Source of the DNA: an uncultured Planctomycetia bacterium
Lineage (GTDB): Bacteria > Omnitrophota > Gorgyraeia > CAYWPX01
Reading direction: 5' to 3'
Length of the DNA: 64,000 nucleotides
NCBI GenBank assembly: GCA_964460615.1
Contig: CAYWPX010000007.1
Span: 4,313-68,312, forward strand
Each line of letters opens with the position of its first letter. Positions within the stretch are counted from its first letter, which is position 1. Below the pieces are notes generated by a model. It was given only the letters and a program-made list of their open reading frames with translations, was not told where the DNA came from and searched no databases. Made by a program: the position numbers and the translations under genes. Positions 61,357 through 64,000 of the stretch are shown piece after piece.

Positions 61357-62391
61357 TCAGCTATTATTTTTATTAATATAATTTATCATTTCGCAAAGAT
61401 GCCCGAAATTGCGTTTATTGAAATTCATTATTATCCTGGGAAGCTCGGTAAAATCGTTTGTTTCCAGCTCTTCCGGCAAAGGAGACGACCTTTCGATTTT
61501 TCCGCCGGTTAAAATATTCTTGAATTTTGAATTAATGTCCTTCAGGACTTTTTCATCCAGAGGCTTATTTAGCCGTATTACGGTAACATTTTTAAAATAT
61601 CTCAGAGAATGGTATATTCTGTAGTAATTTGTAACTATATTAACTGCCTCTTTGACCGTAGAAGCCATTTCAAAAAGATGCAGGTCTTCCTCCAAAATAT
61701 ATTTTCTCTTAAGCAGCACCTTTACGAATTTCATCCACTCTTTCCAGTAATCGTCGCCTTTGGGCGCGACAAACACGACCGGCCTCGGCCTGCATTTGCC
61801 GGTCTGGAGGAGAGTGATCGTCTCAAAACCTTCATCATGGGTCCCGAAACCCCCGGGGAAAAGAACAGTTGCATCGGATTCTTTTATAAAAATTAGCTTT
61901 CTAGAAAAGAAATATTTGAAATTAATAAGCTTAAAATCATCTTTTATATAACGGTTTGGTATCTGCTCAAACGGCAGCCTGATATTTACCCCGAAGCTCA
62001 TGTGATGCCCGGCACCTTTATTGGCAGCCTCCATAACTCCCGGGCCGCTTCCGGATATCACCATATAACCTTTTTTCACTATCTCTTTCGAAAACTCTTC
62101 AGCCATCTTAAAAGTCTTTGTATTCTCGGGTATTCTCGCGGAACCGAATATAGCTACTTTCCTGATATTACGGAATGGCGTAAATATCTTAAAAGCGTAT
62201 CTCATCTCTTTAAGAGAATTATTGATCAGTTTAAGATCGCCTTTTTCGGTATTCTCCAAACCCAGCTTTGCCACGGTAGTAAATATCTCGTCCAGGAGTT
62301 CCTTATTCTGGCAACCCTTGCATAAACCCGAAAGCTCCCCTATCCTTAGATCTATATTCTCATTTCTGACTTTATACTCTTTTTTCATCAT
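61357..62391 (-). CDS. LOG-family nucleotide 5'-monophosphate nucleosidase-like protein with C-terminal extension
   Basis: PGGFGTHDEGFE LOG motif and GSGPGVMEAANKGA; 344 aa. Confidence 0.72.
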   Translation of the reverse strand: MMKKEYKVRNENIDLRIGELSGLCKGCQNKELLDEIFTTVAKLGLENTEKGDLKLINNSLKEMRYAFKIFTPFRNIRKVAIFGSARIPENTKTFKMAEEFSKEIVKKGYMVISGSGPGVMEAANKGAGHHMSFGVNIRLPFEQIPNRYIKDDFKLINFKYFFSRKLIFIKESDATVLFPGGFGTHDEGFETITLLQTGKCRPRPVVFVAPKGDDYWKEWMKFVKVLLKRKYILEEDLHLFEMASTVKEAVNIVTNYYRIYHSLRYFKNVTVIRLNKPLDEKVLKDINSKFKNILTGGKIERSSPLPEELETNDFTELPRIIMNFNKRNFGHLCEMINYINKNNS

Positions 62392-62414
62392 TATCCTCTT
62401 TCATAACAGATCAA

Positions 62415-63662
62415 TTATACCACAAACCTGAATTTAATCTTATCAAAATGCCATTTTTTTATATTTATATAAAAAATTATGGATATCCATATAAGTGCGG
62501 CAAGCTCCGTGAACAGGTATGTCACTGCAGCGCCCATCATACCAAATCTAGGTATAAAAAACAGATTCATCATTACGCTGAAAATTGATACCACCATAAC
62601 CTGTTTGAACACTTTTCTTTCAAAACCGGCTGCAATAAGCGAAGTGGAAAATGGTATATTGAAAAATACAAAAATAGACGCAATTGCCAGAATTTTTATC
62701 GGCAAGGATGCCGGGAGATAGCTTTTCCCGACCGCAAAAGAGACGATTTCACTTGAAAATATCAATAGCGGCACAAGCGTCAAAAATCCCAAGAATATAA
62801 GCGCCTTTAATAGATGAACTCTTGCACTGCTGAACTCTCTGTATTTTTTCCCGAATGAAGAAGCAAGTTTCGGTAAAGCAGCGTTGGATAAAAAAATTGC
62901 AAATATCACAACCCCCCCTATTATCTGCCTGGCAACAGTAAAGTATCCTACTTCCTGAGGAGACCTTACGAGACCCAAAAGTATTATATCAAAACCGTTA
63001 TATAGCTGCGCGAATATTGAAATAGACCATATAACCAAAGAAGTAGTTAAATGTCCTTTGATCCTATTAAAATCTATCATCTTAACTTCAGGCCTGAATT
63101 TTAGTATGGCTAAAAAGATCAGCGCTATAGGAATATTTCCTATAACAAAAATAAGAGGCGTTATTAATAGTCCCTGAGGGGATTTGACATAAGTAAGGAG
63201 AAGGAGAAACTGCAAGACTGAGGTGGTTAGATAAGAGATAAAGACCATATGCATTTTTTCTTTACCCTGAAAGGCCCACTCAGTAGCAGAAGCTGCAATA
63301 AAAAGGATAAGTCCCGTTCCCAAATTCAAAAGTTTGGTTTCCCATTCAAATTTGCTTAAGAGTATCAAAAAGGCAAAAAGCCCGTATAAACATATCGCCA
63401 CCAAAAACCTAAAAGAAACTATATCAGAAACATATTTATAGGTTCGCGCCTTGTGCTTAGCTATCTCTCTTATCCCGTAGGTCGAAAGCCCCAGATCAAT
63501 AAAGTTCATAAGATACAGCACTATCGTAAAAGCATATGAAAAAAGCCCGTATGCCTTGACCGATAAGGTCCTGGCCAGATAAATAAAGATCAGGAATTGC
63601 AAAATAGAACGCACAGCATTGGCTGCAAAAAGCCAGATAAAATTCTTGGATAATTTCTTCAA
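62415..63662 (-). CDS. wzx: Polysaccharide biosynthesis flippase (Wzx / MOP superfamily)
   Basis: ~12 TM with a Wzx-type N-terminus. Confidence 0.78.
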   Translation of the reverse strand: MKKLSKNFIWLFAANAVRSILQFLIFIYLARTLSVKAYGLFSYAFTIVLYLMNFIDLGLSTYGIREIAKHKARTYKYVSDIVSFRFLVAICLYGLFAFLILLSKFEWETKLLNLGTGLILFIAASATEWAFQGKEKMHMVFISYLTTSVLQFLLLLTYVKSPQGLLITPLIFVIGNIPIALIFLAILKFRPEVKMIDFNRIKGHLTTSLVIWSISIFAQLYNGFDIILLGLVRSPQEVGYFTVARQIIGGVVIFAIFLSNAALPKLASSFGKKYREFSSARVHLLKALIFLGFLTLVPLLIFSSEIVSFAVGKSYLPASLPIKILAIASIFVFFNIPFSTSLIAAGFERKVFKQVMVVSIFSVMMNLFFIPRFGMMGAAVTYLFTELAALIWISIIFYINIKKWHFDKIKFRFVV

Positions 63663-63762
63663 GGGTTTACCCTTCTCATTTTGATAAATTATACCACAAA
63701 AAATCGCCCTAAGCCATAAACTATAAACCTTATAAAAATATAAATATGCTAACCTTAATGAT

Positions 63763-63791
63763 TTGACATTCTTAACAATATGCTATATATT
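63763..63791 (+). promoter_or_regulatory. Sigma-70 promoter of the GH1 gene with a very short leader
   Basis: TTGACA, 17-nt spacer, TATATT; the ATG lies only ~11 nt downstream of the -10, so the mRNA is near-leaderless and has no SD. Confidence 0.5.
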
Positions 63792-63801
63792 TATTTTATA
63801 T

Positions 63802-64000
63802 ATGAAAAAAATTGCTGATCAATTCTTGTGGGGAGCCGCAACCTCAAGCCATCAGGTAGAGGGAAATAATTATCTTAATGACTGGTGGCAATGGGAAGCG
63901 GCATTGAAGACTACGGATAAATCGTGCCTTGCATGTGACCAATACACAAGATTTCGCGAGGATTTCAAGATCGCCAAAGAACTCGGGCATAATGCCCATA
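63802..64000 (+). CDS. Glycoside hydrolase family 1 (beta-glucosidase), 5' fragment
   Basis: Manual translation MKKIADQFLWGAATSSHQVEGNNYLNDWWQWEAA... matches the GH1 N-terminal signature FxWGxAT(A/S)xxQxEG. Only + strand gene in the window; continues beyond the window. Confidence 0.75.
   Translation, partial: MKKIADQFLWGAATSSHQVEGNNYLNDWWQWEAALKTTDKSCLACDQYTRFREDFKIAKELGHNAH

Overview
This is an AT-rich bacterial chromosomal window. Every one of about 64 predicted genes lies on the minus strand, except a partial GH1 beta-glucosidase that starts on the plus strand at ~63802. Three features suggest a diderm organism of the PVC/Omnitrophota type. There are two prepilin-like proteins with an N-terminal cleavage/methylation helix and an H-X9-DG motif (DUF1559 family). 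There is an outer-membrane beta-barrel porin. The gene inventory is otherwise ordinary housekeeping metabolism. Gene content from left to right: a TPR/PMT_2-like membrane protein that runs off the left edge; pyrG; purF-purQ-purL, where purL is a PurS-PurS-PurL fusion; guaA; carB (N-terminal half only, so a split gene) and carA; an AEC-family transporter; a full pstS-C-A-B-B-phoU operon; a lipoprotein; a second pst operon made of two small ORFs, a porin, pstS2, pstC2, pstA2 and pstB3, ending in arsC; a zinc-ribbon membrane protein; phoR and phoB; a QueG-like protein; mnmG; a GAF-ANTAR regulator; a MarC-family protein; a hydrogenase maturation protease with cbiM/Q/O (Ni/Co ECF transporter); an aminotransferase; lrp; an AmmeMemoRadiSam radical-SAM enzyme; a phosphoribosyltransferase; a redox cluster (TlpA-like, CcdA, thioredoxin, ferredoxin, rubredoxin, class II RNR NrdJ, TrxB-like); three secreted proteins, one of 1040 aa with IPT/TIG and BNR repeats; an MFS transporter; nadE; a redoxin; tal; rpe; dinB; a small ORF; lexA; yjbQ; a deoxyhypusine-synthase-like protein; a LOG-family protein; and a wzx flippase. 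The most unusual non-coding structure is the rubredoxin locus at about 42.1-43.05 kb. The gene is flanked by ~75-nt inverted repeats that share a palindromic core, by a family of GCTTNAGC hairpins, and by a ~490-bp highly structured non-coding stretch. Other signals: a Pho-box-like direct repeat (with a candidate -10) upstream of the small-ORF/porin/pst2 unit; a heptamer tandem repeat shared by two intergenic loci; G-quadruplex motifs with CCCTAA-like units in two intercistronic spacers; 14-bp GTAC-containing tandem repeats at two loci; rho-independent terminators; and a candidate SOS box upstream of lexA-smallORF-dinB. No rRNA, tRNA or CRISPR array was recognised. Coordinates for motifs located by eye may be off by 1-2 nt.
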